From NCBI GenBank assembly GCA_002269645.1, contig NIVC01004440.1:1-45849 (forward strand): a stretch of DNA of 45,849 bases. The letters are read 5' to 3'. The DNA is from Macrostomum lignano (Eukaryota). A model generated the notes under the pieces. That model made no database searches. It saw only the letters and a program-made list of their open reading frames with translations, and had not been told where the DNA came from. Below are positions 23,274 to 33,960 of this stretch, in pieces. The position numbers and the translations under genes were made by a program. Numbering within the stretch: the stretch's first letter is position 1; the number at the start of each line of letters is the position of its first letter.

Positions 23274-23924
23274 ATTCAGCATCCTAAGCAGGGGGTATAG
23301 GGAGGAAGGATTTTTTCTAGAATTCTAGGGGGAGAGGCAAATTTCTGTTTGAACTTTTGGGGGGGCTAGGTTAAATATTTAATATGGTAGATATTTTCAT
23401 TTAAATTTGCACTTTTTTCTGCTAGGCCTACAACTACAATGCAGCATAATTCAATGGCCAAGTATCCATTTGCATAAACAACAAAATTTGCAGAATACTC
23501 AGTAAGTATCCAATTCCAATGCAGTAGGCCTACCCAATTATGTTCATTTGATATAGCTTAGAATTTTCAAAGAATGTATTGCTCTGGGGTAAAATCTGCT
23601 ATTGGTATGCATCTCATGGTAAATTGGTCCCCTTCTTGCACTAGAACATATATATATATATCAGATTGTGTTTTGGGCTTTGATAAGGTGCATTGATAAG
23701 GCATACATAGGGCAAAGCATTGTCTTTGAAAGAAGTCTTCCCCTTTGAAAAAAGCCAATCTACTTGTCTAAATTAATAAAATGCCATGCCATGGAATAGA
23801 CCAGATCTTTGACATGCTCTATTGGCAATAATTCAACAAATATGCCTATACATGTCAATTTTGTACTCCTTAGCAAGCTTCAAGCAGGCCATGGCAATTG
23901 TTTGCTTCAAGAGTGGAAAAAATG

Positions 23925-24155
23925 ATACTGCACTTGATAAACCAAGGATTATTGCACTTGATAAACCAAGGATTATTGCACTTGATAAACCAAGGATTAT
24001 TGCACTTGATAAACCAAGGATTATTGCACTAGATAAACCAAAGAATATTGCACTTGATAAACCAAGGATTATTGCACTAGATAAACCAAAGAATATTGCA
24101 CTTGATAAACCAAGGAATATTTCACTTGATAAGCCAAGGATTATTGCACTAGATT
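23925..24155. repeat. 24-bp minisatellite (~9 units)
   Basis: Unit CCAAGGATTATTGCACTTGATAAA. Confidence 0.93.
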
Positions 24156-24349
24156 AGAAAGGGCTATTGCATTAGCTAAGACATCTTGATATTTGGACTT
24201 GATGAGGAAAGGATTATTGTACTAGATAAGAAAATGATTATTTCACTAGCTGAAAAGTTGATTATTGTGCTAGCTATGACATGGATTGTTGCATAACCTA
24301 AAAAAGCAATTTTGCATTTGTGGAGGTAACATTTGCACTAGCTACTTGC

Positions 24350-24870
24350 TATTGGAAGGATGCTTGCTCTCAAGGGCATGCTTGCTCCCTGGATAGAAAG
24401 AATCCCTGGATTCTTTCTATCCAGGGATACTTGCTATTTAGGGATTCTTGCTATCTGGGGGATGCTTGCTATCTGCTAGATGCTTGCTGTTTGGGTGGAT
24501 GCTTCTATCTGGGGGATGCTTGCTATCTGCAGGATGCTTGCTATCTTGGTGGATGCTTCTATCTGGGGGATGCTTGCTATCTGCTAGATGCTTGCTGTTT
24601 GGGTGGATGCTTCTATCTGGGGGATGCTTGCTATCTGCAGGATGCTTGCTATCTTGGTGGATGCTTCTATCTGGGGGATGCTTGCTATCTGCAGGATGCT
24701 TGCTATCTAGGTGGATGCTTCTATCTAGGGGATGCTTGCTATCTGCAGGATGCTTGCTATCTGGGTAGATGCTTGCTATCTAGGATGATGCTTACTATCT
24801 AGGTGGATGCTTGCTATCTGCAGTTGCTTACTTTTGGAGGGGGGTGCTTTCTATCTGGGGGGATGCTTGC
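24350..24870. repeat. ~18-bp minisatellite with 54-bp higher-order structure
   Basis: Monomer GGATGCTTGCTATCT(G/N)N, arranged as recurring trimers (translated GDACYL-QDACYL-GGCFYL). Confidence 0.9.
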
Positions 24871-25541
24871 TGTCTTGGGAATATTTTCTATTTAGGAAGA
24901 ATGTCTGTTATCTTTGTAGAAGCTATATTTTGTTGTGTTTGTTAATTAAAAAAAGAGATTCATAGCAAACATCTTTGTCTTTTTTTCCAACCTTGATACC
25001 ATTGAATTCAAGTATTATGTAGCTTATATTTTTATTTTAAATGTTGTATATACAAGATTTAATTTTATAGATAATGGGACTCTGAAGTGATACATTTTGG
25101 CAATAAAAGTTACTACCTAGTTTGAATTTATTTCCCAACCAATCAATGTGCTCCAACAAGCAAAAGCTAAGGACATGATGTGAAAGTAGTTGTGTATTAT
25201 CTAAATCATTTCCAATGCTGAAGACTAGAATATAAATAGAAATAGAAACCAATGTTGAATTCAAGCAAGAAGCTTTCCCTCAAGGCAACACCTTGAGATT
25301 TTCAACATTCAATAGTCCATAAGTTACCATCACATGATTTTATCATCAGGAAAATATAGTAAAAATCTGCCTTCTCTGTTATTACAGAGCATAGTAGTGA
25401 GAGTCCCATAAGACTGTAAACGTCCTGTGGCTACTGTTTCTAAATTTAAATTCATACAGAATCAAGACATCTGCCTGAAATAGCATTAAAATACTATTAA
25501 AACATTTGCATGAGCTTATTTAAAGGCCTAGATCTCACACA

Positions 25542-26012
25542 ATGGCCAGCACTCTTGACACCCTGCTCAATAAGCAGCTGACTGGCGATGCCGGCACAAC
25601 CAATGGTGACGCCAATCTGTCACCTCAGGAGCGCAGCATTTTGCAGCTGTACGCAGCTACAGAAGAGAAACGAGCCGTCTGCTTGCGTCAGCACGCCCAG
25701 CAGAGCGAGAAAATCACCGATAGTGTTGTTGATTGCAAAGTGACGCTACAGTTAATTGCTAGGCGTAGAGGCGAATTGGATCGATTGAGAAGCCTACTGA
25801 ACAGTAGTAGCGATAGGGACATTGGCGTGCAGCTTCGTCTATTGGACAATCGCTCTGAATGCTTGGATCGAAACGAAGACTTAACGCTGCGTCAGCTTGA
25901 GGAGCTGCGCAAACAGGCTCGGATGTTGGATGAGCAGAGACTAAACATACTGCACATGGAGGAGGTCAGGGACAGTATAATTGGAAAGTTTGTCAGCCAC
26001 GGTTCCGACTGA
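25542..26012 (+). CDS. Uncharacterised 156-aa predicted coiled-coil protein (single exon)
   Basis: ATG-initiated, non-repetitive ORF with exon-like base composition in AT-rich flanks. Leu/Glu/Arg/Gln-rich heptad-like second half. No family recognised. Confidence 0.6.
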   Translation: MASTLDTLLNKQLTGDAGTTNGDANLSPQERSILQLYAATEEKRAVCLRQHAQQSEKITDSVVDCKVTLQLIARRRGELDRLRSLLNSSSDRDIGVQLRLLDNRSECLDRNEDLTLRQLEELRKQARMLDEQRLNILHMEEVRDSIIGKFVSHGSD

Positions 26013-26219
26013 TTGATTCAAGTTCCAGATTGAAATATTTGCAAAAAAAGTATATGTGTATTCCAGCTTCGTCAACTGTTTATAGCCGAACACTTCTGTA
26101 AATTAAATTTCTCAACGATATTAGCTTGCTTCCATCAAAATATAACTTCCAAATTTTCCTTTGTCTGTTGTCGTCCAAAATGTTGTCTTTGTTTAATGTT
26201 TAACCCACCATCCAAAAAC

Positions 26220-26620
26220 CTCAGTTGCTGGGCCAGCCTCGCAGATCCTCAGTTGCTGGGCCAGCCTCCCAGTCCCAGATCCTCCATTGCTGGGCCAGCC
26301 TCCCAGAGTGTCACCTGCTGGGCCAGCATCCCAGATGCTCAGTTGCTGGGCCAGCCTCCCAGATGCTCAGTTGCTGGGCCAGCATCCCAGATGCTCAGTT
26401 GCTGAGCCAGCATCCCAGATGCTCAGTTGCTGAGCCAGCCTCCCAGTTGCTCAGTTGCTGGGCCAGCATCCCAGATGCTCAGTTGCTGGGCCAGCCTCCC
26501 AGATGCTCAGTTGCTGGGCCAGCCTCCCAGATGCTCAGTTGCTGGGCCAGCCTCCCAGATGCTCAGTTGCTGGGCCAGCCTCCCAGATGCTCAGTTGCTG
26601 GGCCAGCATCCCAGATGCTA
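26220..26620. repeat. 28-bp minisatellite (~14 units)
   Basis: Unit CCCAGATGCTCAGTTGCTGGGCCAGC(C/A)T. Confidence 0.95.
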
Positions 26621-27104
26621 AAGTTTTCCCGTTTTTTTAAATTTCCGCTTTCACAGCTTTTCGATTTGGTGCAGGGTTCATTTTCATGTTTTAATTTTTT
26701 GATTGACAATGTTTGGCTTGCAACACAGGTAATTATCATTGTACCATAGCTTTATCGCTAGCTGCCTGCTTAAAACTATTTGGCTTGAGTCTTTCAATTT
26801 GATTAATAAAAGTGGTAGTTGTTATTGTCTTAATTGCTGTCTTAATAAATAGCGAAATTCCTTAATTATTGTTGTTTTTACGCTGTCCTTCATTTGCCGG
26901 AGATTCGGAATAAAACTAATTAAATAAAATATTATTTTGACTTGACTTTTCATTTGGTTAATAGCGTGTGTTTTGTTTCAGCAACTGTTTTATTTGTTAA
27001 TCTTTTTTGTTTTGGATGACTTCATATTTTTGGAAAGTGTCCGATTCTGGGTTTAATTTTTCCTCCTTAATGCTCAAGTACCCCTTACTTGAAGCCTCTT
27101 TAAG

Positions 27105-27968
27105 GATTAGAGTCTCCTTAATGCTTAGAGTCTCTCCTTAATCCTTAGAGTCTCCCCTTAATGCCTAGAGTCTCTCCTTAATGCTTAGAGTCTCTCCTTA
27201 ATGCTTAGAGTCTCTACTTAATCCTTAGAGTCTCCCCTAATCCTTAGAGTCTCCCCTTAATGCTTAGAGTCTCTCCTTAATGCTTAGAGTCTCTCCTTAA
27301 TCCTTAGAGTCTCCCCTAATCCTTAGAGTCTCCCCTTAATGCTTAGAGTCTCTACTTAATACTTGGAGTCTCTCCTTAATCCTTAGAGTCTCCCCTTAAT
27401 GCCTAGAGTCTCTCCTTAATGCCTAGAGTCTCTCCTTAATGCTTAGAGTCTCTATTTAATACTTAGAGTCTCTACTTGATGCTTAGAGTCTCTCCTTAAT
27501 GCTTAGAGTCTCTCCTTAATGCTTAGAGTCTCTCCTTAATGCTTAGAGTCTCTATTTAATACTTAGAGACTCTACTTGATGCTTAGAGTCTCTCCTTAAT
27601 GCTTAGAGTCTCTCCTTAATACTTAGAGTCTCTATTTAATACTTAGAGTCTCTCCTTAATGCTTAGAGTCTCTCCTTAATGCTTAGAGTCTCTCCTTAAT
27701 ACTTAGAGTCTCTCCTTAATGCTTAGAGTCTCTCCTTAATACTTAGAGTCTCTCCTTAATGCTTAGAGTCTCTCCTTAATGCTTAGAGTCTCTCCTTAAT
27801 GCTTAGAGTCTCTCCTTACTGCTTAGAGTCTCTCCTTAATGCTTAGAGTCTCTCCTTAATGCTTAGAGTCTCTCCTTAATGCTTAGAGTCTCTCCTTAAT
27901 GCTTAGAGTCTCTACTTAATACTTAGAGTCTCTACTTAATGCCTGGAGTCTCTTCTTAATGCCTGGAG
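27105..27968. repeat. 20-bp minisatellite (~43 units)
   Basis: Unit CTTAGAGTCTCTCCTTAATG. Confidence 0.96.
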
Positions 27969-28064
27969 ATTCCTTCCTTCCTCTTGACATTTAAATCCGC
28001 AAATTTGTTTAAATGCTTGAATCGAACATTTCTCTTTCCGTAAACCTATGCCATCGCTGCAGCA

Positions 28065-29066
28065 GTGGCCGCTGGCGGCTGCTGCCTTCTGACGTTTCTA
28101 ATAATCCGTCGACATCAAAAGAACCGCCGGCGACTTCACGATTTGCCATCAGCACTGCAATCTGCAATACACAGCGACTGCGGCTTCAGTGGCGCCGGTA
28201 TTGTGGTCACAGGCGCCGGGGCTGGCTTAGGCGCGGAGCTAATTAAACACCTGTTAGGCACTAATTTGCCAGCTCTGATTGTGGGTACTAATAGGCCAAT
28301 GCCCGGCTGTCAAGACTCTATTGAGGACAATCCAGACGAAGTGCTTCGACGTCTGTTTGTCGATTTTGGCGATGTGAAATCCATTCGACAATTTGCCGAT
28401 CGCCTGACTGAACTGTTTCGTCAGCGAGGTGTTCGGTTGAGCCATCTGGTTTGCAATGCCGGAGTCTTCTTTCCGGCCGAGCCGCTGTCGCGAGACGGTC
28501 TGCCAATGCATTTGGCCGTGAATTTTATTGCCAACGTGGAGCTTGTACGCCTGTTGCTAGGCAATGGCTTGTTAGAGCCGGGATACACCCGCGTATTGTT
28601 GGTGTCCTCTTCTCTTAGCAGTAGAGGCGTTGCTACGGAAGCTAGTACACTTATAGACGTTGCTAAGGATGTTGCTAAGGACGCCCGTAGGCTCAAAACT
28701 CAATCGTCTGCCGCACTCTATGCAAATAGTAAACAATGTTTAAATTTGTTAGCTCAACATCTGCATAAAAATCTTGGCGTTCACGCTTGCGCCGCATTCA
28801 CTGGCGGTCCAGTTGCTACCAGGTTGCTACGGCCGCCATGGATACCCAGATTTTTACAAGCGCCGTTCCTATGGCTTTTATCGTTGGTATTTCAATCGCC
28901 AGAAGTGGTTGCTGCGGATCTGTTTGGGCTGATGTGCCGCCCAGATGTGACTTCCGGTCGGGTCTACTCTGCCGGTCGGCAGGCCGACTGGCCGCTGGAA
29001 CTTCCGGCTGATCGTTTGGCGGAGTTCGTCGCTGATTACGAGCGACTGCTGATGAAAATTGAGTGA
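28065..29066 (+). CDS. Short-chain dehydrogenase/reductase (retinol dehydrogenase 11-14/DHRS-like), N-terminal hydrophobic anchor; true start unresolved
   Basis: Rossmann VVTGAGAGLG, LVCNAG, VSS serine, catalytic YANSK (YxxxK). In-frame stop at 28041, so the start must come from ATG 28013 via a 1-nt indel or from an upstream exon spliced to an AG at 28061-28065. Confidence 0.88.
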   Translation: MAAGGCCLLTFLIIRRHQKNRRRLHDLPSALQSAIHSDCGFSGAGIVVTGAGAGLGAELIKHLLGTNLPALIVGTNRPMPGCQDSIEDNPDEVLRRLFVDFGDVKSIRQFADRLTELFRQRGVRLSHLVCNAGVFFPAEPLSRDGLPMHLAVNFIANVELVRLLLGNGLLEPGYTRVLLVSSSLSSRGVATEASTLIDVAKDVAKDARRLKTQSSAALYANSKQCLNLLAQHLHKNLGVHACAAFTGGPVATRLLRPPWIPRFLQAPFLWLLSLVFQSPEVVAADLFGLMCRPDVTSGRVYSAGRQADWPLELPADRLAEFVADYERLLMKIE

Positions 29067-29284
29067 AACTCCAAATTTTCTGTTTGTTTACAATGAATAG
29101 CGACAAAGAATACTTTTTGTATATGAGGGAACTAAAGTAAATAAATTGAGGAGTCATTTTCTTGACATAATTTTGGCACCGTTTTATGGTTTAATTTTTT
29201 TAAATTGTTTTTAATTATATATTTTTTTGCGAAACATATTTACAATGTACACAGAAAAACAAACGGACAGATTCCAGGACACTA

Positions 29285-29390
29285 AGACAGGCGGACAGAC
29301 AAACAGACGGACAGCCAGACAGAGAGACAGACAGACAACCAGACAGACAGGCACACACACAGACAGACAGACAGACAGACAGGCACACAC

Positions 29391-29441
<51 letters not shown>

Positions 29442-29510
29442 TACAGACAGACAACCAGACAGTCAGACAGACAGACAGATAGGCAAACAGACAGCAGCCA
29501 GGCAAACAGA
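29285..29510. repeat. (GACA)n microsatellite between SDR and LAP
   Basis: Runs of CAGA/GACA. Confidence 0.95.
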
Positions 29511-29575
29511 CAGCAGCACACAGCAGCTATTCACTCCGCAGTCCAACACATTCATGCCTATACGCAGCTCCAACA

Positions 29576-32500
29576 ATGCAGTTCGCATTAACAGCTCGCC
29601 AGCTCTTCCAGTCTGGCTGCCGCAGTCAGCTGCAATCGCGCCGAGTTGATGCCGCGGGTGCATCGGCAGCTGTGGCTTTAGCCATCAGATACAGAAAGTA
29701 CTGCACAGCCGCTCCAGCTGCTAAGGTGATTGATTTGTAAACATGCAGGCATCCCCAATTGGGGGCTGCGACTACTAGTCTAAAGTTACTAAATTTGAAA
29801 CTAATAATTAAAAAGGTTCTGGCAGTTTACTTATAATTTACTTTGTTCCCATCGCCTCGGTCTGTTTCGCCAGAAGCCCAGCCGGCGAGGCTACATTGTC
29901 ACCTGCGCTGTGGGTTCCAACGCCAAGCAGCAGCAGCGGCAACCCGCTGTGCTGAGCGACGCTTGCGCCGATTTGCAGCGGCGCTTTGGTCGCGACGTTG
30001 CCGCTATGGTCGAGTCAGCCGCTCGGCCGGCCAAGCCCGGCCAGCTGCTGCTGCTGCCCGGCGGTCTCGGCCGCGACGCCGACGGATTCGTTGTCGACCT
30101 GTGCGTTGTAGGCATCGCGGCCGATGCTGAACACGGCGGCTTAGCCGAACGGGTGGCAGCGGGAGCCGAACCGTTGGAGCCTTGGGAGGCTCGCGACGAC
30201 AGACGATCGGTGGTTCGACAGGCTGTGACGGCGCTGCGGGACCTCGGATGTCGGCAGGTTAGCGCCAGTGTCTATGGGTTAAAGTAAAATCCGAGGTTTA
30301 CTGATGCGTGTACATTGGGTAAAGTACAAATCCTATGCCATTTTTTGTGGGTCTAGGTTAAAGTGCAAGCCGTAAGCCGTGGTAGATCTTTATGCGTGGG
30401 CGTAGGTTAAAGTACAAATGATAGATCTTTTTGCGTGGGCGTAGGTTAAAGTACAAATGATAGATCTTTATGCGTGGGCGTAGGTTAAAGTACAAATAGT
30501 AGATTTTTATGCGTGGGCGTGAGTAATGTAGGTAACTGTAATCGAACTATGACCAATAAAATTAATGGCCTGCCAATGTCTCCCAGGTGATGCTGGACTC
30601 CGGCATCGCGCCATCTGGCGCCGAAAACGCCGACGCAGCCGCGGACGTCGCCGAAGCGGCTCAGTCGTCCGCCCTGGTCTATCGCCGCGCCCCGCCGAAG
30701 CGGCCCCTAGTAACGGACGACGCCGATGCGGACGAGACGGCGCCAACTTTAATTGGCCGTATTCATGGCAACTCCGGCAACAATTCCGAAGCTTGGGACT
30801 ACGGCTTGACGCTAGGCTTAGCGGAGGCTCGAGCTCGGGACCTCATGGAACGGCCGGCGAATTTGTGCACGCCGAGCTGGTTCTGCCAGCAGGCGGTTGA
30901 AGCGGCCGCCGCGCTGGGACCCAGCGTTGAGGTGGCGGTGCACGATGAAGACTGGATCCGCGAGCGAGCGATGGGTGGCCTACTAGCCGTTGCTAAGGGC
31001 TCGAAAGAGCCACCAAGGTTTCTAGTTGCCAAGTAAGCTAATTGAGTGTAACTTTTTTCTGTTCAATTTTCCATCACTAGTTGCACCCATTTTACAGCTG
31101 GGTGAACTAAAGCAATGCAGAGTTAAGTGTCTTGCTCAAGGACACGAATTGCTCTGGGTGGGTCGAGAATCGAACCCCCGACCTTTAAGTCGTGAGTCGG
31201 ACGCTCTAACCAGCAGGCTAAAACCCCTTAAGAAAATAGGAATTATTATGATTCTGTGAAATTTATCATAGCAACGGATACTATGCTTGGTAAATCCCCA
31301 TTGTGGTAAAGGAACAGTTTGTCATGAAGTAATTGTTTTTTATAATAAATAAACGAAAACACTTCTGTATTTTTATGTATACTGTTTTGTTTATTTTTAT
31401 CATTAAAAATGAAGGACAACTTTAAATTCGATATTTTTACTCAAAATCCTAACTACACTACTGACAGCAGAAATATCAAGATTTCACTATATTTTTTTCT
31501 AAATTAAGGAAATATGACGCAACCATACTAAAAATACTCGTAAACGATTTCAGATACAACGGGCGACCGGAGTCGCTAAATGAGGGCGGCGGTCCAGCCG
31601 TTGCAGATGTCTGTCTTATCGGCAAAGGCGTCACCTTTGATTCCGGCGGTATTAGTATTAAACCGTCGGCTAACATGGCCGATATGCGCGGTGATATGGG
31701 CGGAGCGGCGGTCGCTTTTAGCTCATTTTTAGCCGCCTGCCAACTCGGCCTGCCGCTCAGACTGGCTCTGTGCGTGCCGCTGTGCGAGAACATGCCCGAC
31801 GGCGCCGCCGTAAAGCCTGGCGACGTTATCGACCTGGCTGGAGGTCGCGTTACCTGTCGAGTTGATAACACTGATGCCGAGGGTGAGAGCCTTGTCTTTT
31901 GGTTTGAGTGGCCAACCTAGGAGATATATTTGATTCACATTGGCATAAAGTTCCAATTCACATTGTGAGAAAACTTTCATTCACATTAGGAGAAAACTGC
32001 CATTCACATTGGGAGAAAACTCCCATTCACATTGGGTGAAAACTCCCATTCACATTGGGAGAAAACTCCCATTCACATTGGGAGAAAACTCCCATTCACA
32101 TTGGGAAAAAACTCCCATTCACATTGGGTGAAAACTCCCATTCACATTGGGAGAAAACTCCCATTCACATTGGGTGAAAACTCCCATTCACATTGGGTGA
32201 AAACTCCCATTCACATTGGGAGAAAACTCCCATTCACATGCGCTTACACCTGCACTGCAATAACAGGCCGCCTAATCCTCGCCGACGCGCTGCACTTCGC
32301 AGCGAACAGCGGCGCCCAGCCGCCTCGCCTAATCGTAGACCTCGCCACCCTGACTGGCGCCATCGCCGTCGCCCTTGGCGGCCAACGAGCCGGCCTATTT
32401 GCCAATCGGTCCGCACGCCTCACTGGCTTTGAACGGCGACTGCTAGATAGCGGATTTAATAGGGGCGACCCGCTGCACCAGATGCCCACTGACAGGCGGT

Positions 32501-33357
32501 ATCGGGCCGCTGTGCAGGATAGATCTGGTGAGCCTCTGGCTTTGAGTGGGAATCCAGATTTGACATGGATTGCGGACTGAGCGGAGCGGATTAGGGATAG
32601 GGTAGAGAGAGAAAAGTGGGAATTAGTAGGGCAGAGAGGGGAAAGCGGGGATTGGAGGGTAAGAGAGGGGAGAGCAGGGATTGGAGGGTAAGAGAGGGGA
32701 GAGCGGGGATTGGAGGGTAAGAGAGGGGAGAGCGGGGATTGGAGGGTAAGAGAGGGGAGAGCGGGGATTGGAGGGTAAGAGAGGGGAGAGCGGGGATTGG
32801 AGGGTAAGAGAGGGGAAAGGACATTAGAGAGGGCAGACAGGGGAAACGGGGGATTAGAGAAGGGAATGCGGGGGATTAGAGGAGACATAGAAAGGAAAGC
32901 GGGGATTAGAGAGGGTAAGAGAAGGGAAAGCGGGGGATTAGAGAGGGCAGAGAGGGGAAGCGGGGATTGGAGAGGGCAGAGAGGGGAAAGCGCGGGATTA
33001 GAGAGGACGTAGAGGGAATTTGAGAAACATGCAGCTGAGTCAGTGGGCGTGGAAAGTGAACCCCAATTTCCAGGTGTCCAGTCCGCGAAATGCCCACCCC
33101 CAAAACCCGCAGGCCTGGCCGACCTCTCTAACATCGGCACCCCGGATCGCATGGCTGGCGCCTGCACCGCCGCCGCGTTTCTGTCGCATTTTGTACCGCC
33201 GTCGATTCCTTGGATGCACATCGACATGGCCGGAGTGATGGACAGCGACGGCGGCGGCGGCAGCGGCGGCGGTAAGAAAATGAGCGGACGTCCCACCAGA
33301 GCCGTGGTTGACTTTCTGCGCTCTCTGACCATTGAAGGATTCCCTGCTGGGAAGTGA
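29576..33357 (+). CDS. LAP3: M17 leucyl aminopeptidase (LAP3-like), 604 aa, probable mitochondrial presequence
   Basis: Exons 29576-29725, 29874-30257, 30587-31032, 31554-31882, 32267-32527, 33113-33357. All GT-AG, phases consistent, 1815 nt. Motifs: ARDLMERPAN, GKGVTFDSGGISIK, DMGG, NTDAEGRLILADAL, ATLTGA, GACTAAAFL, HIDMAGV, SGRPTR. Metal and catalytic K/D/D/E/R residues are intact. Confidence 0.93.
30370..30522. repeat. ~39-bp tandem repeat in LAP intron 2 (~4 units)
   Basis: Unit TTATGCGTGGGCGTAGGTTAAAGTACAAATGATAGATCT. Confidence 0.85.
31060..31222 (-). mobile_element. tRNA-derived SINE, copy 2, in LAP intron 3
   Basis: Minus strand: box A TAGCCTGCTGG, box B GGTTCGATTC, then GTGTCCTTGAGCAAGACACTTAACTCTGCATTGCTTTAGTTCACCCAGCTGTAAAATGGGTGC. 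Confidence 0.8.
31975..32240. repeat. 23-bp minisatellite in LAP intron 4 (~11 units)
   Basis: Unit CCCATTCACATTGGG(A/T)GAAAACT. Confidence 0.95.
32590..33020. repeat. 29-bp G-rich minisatellite in LAP intron 5
   Basis: Unit GAGCGGGGATTGGAGGGTAAGAGAGGGGA, decaying distally. Confidence 0.92.
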
Positions 33358-33399
33358 CAGACATTGCGGATATAGACTTTGTTTTGATGCCTTTGATCC

Positions 33400-33960
33400 T
33401 GCTGTACTTTTGAAGACCCTGTTGTACATCCGAATATCCTGTTGTACACCTGAACATACTTTTGTACATCTGAATACCCTGTTGTACACCTGAACATACT
33501 TTTGTACATCTGAATACCCTGTTGTACATCTGAAGATCCTGTTGTACATCCGAATATCCTGTTGTACATCTGAAGATACTGTTGTACATCTGAAGATCCT
33601 GTTGTACATTTGAATATTCTGTTGTACATCTGAAGATACTGTTGTACATCTGAAGATCCTGTTGTACATCTGAAGATCCTGTTGTACATCTGAATATCCT
33701 GTTGTACACCTGAATATCCTGTTGTACATCTGAAGATCCTGTTGTACATCCGAATATCCTGTTGTACATCTGAAGATACTGTTGTACATCTGAAGATCCT
33801 GTTGTACATCTGAATATTCTGTTGTACATCTGAATATTCTGTGTACATCTGAATATCCTGTGTACATCTGAATATCCTGTTGTACATCTGAAGATCATGT
33901 TGTACACCTGAATATCCTGTTGTACATCTGAATATCCTGTTGTACATCTGAAGATCATGT
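33400..33960. repeat. 20-bp minisatellite just downstream of the LAP stop (~28 units)
   Basis: Unit GTTGTACATCTGAA(G/T)ATCCT. Confidence 0.95.

Noticed and set aside
31155-31225. Possible tRNA gene on the minus strand
   Set aside because: Box A/B are present but the anticodon and acceptor stems do not pair. It continues into a SINE body shared with 560-748.
33043-33112. Apparent insertion GVESEPQFPGVQSAKCPPPKPA in LAP from the ORF track
   Set aside because: It is intronic. The acceptor CCCGCAG at 33112 gives VQDRSGLADLSNIG, collinear with the LAP3 family.
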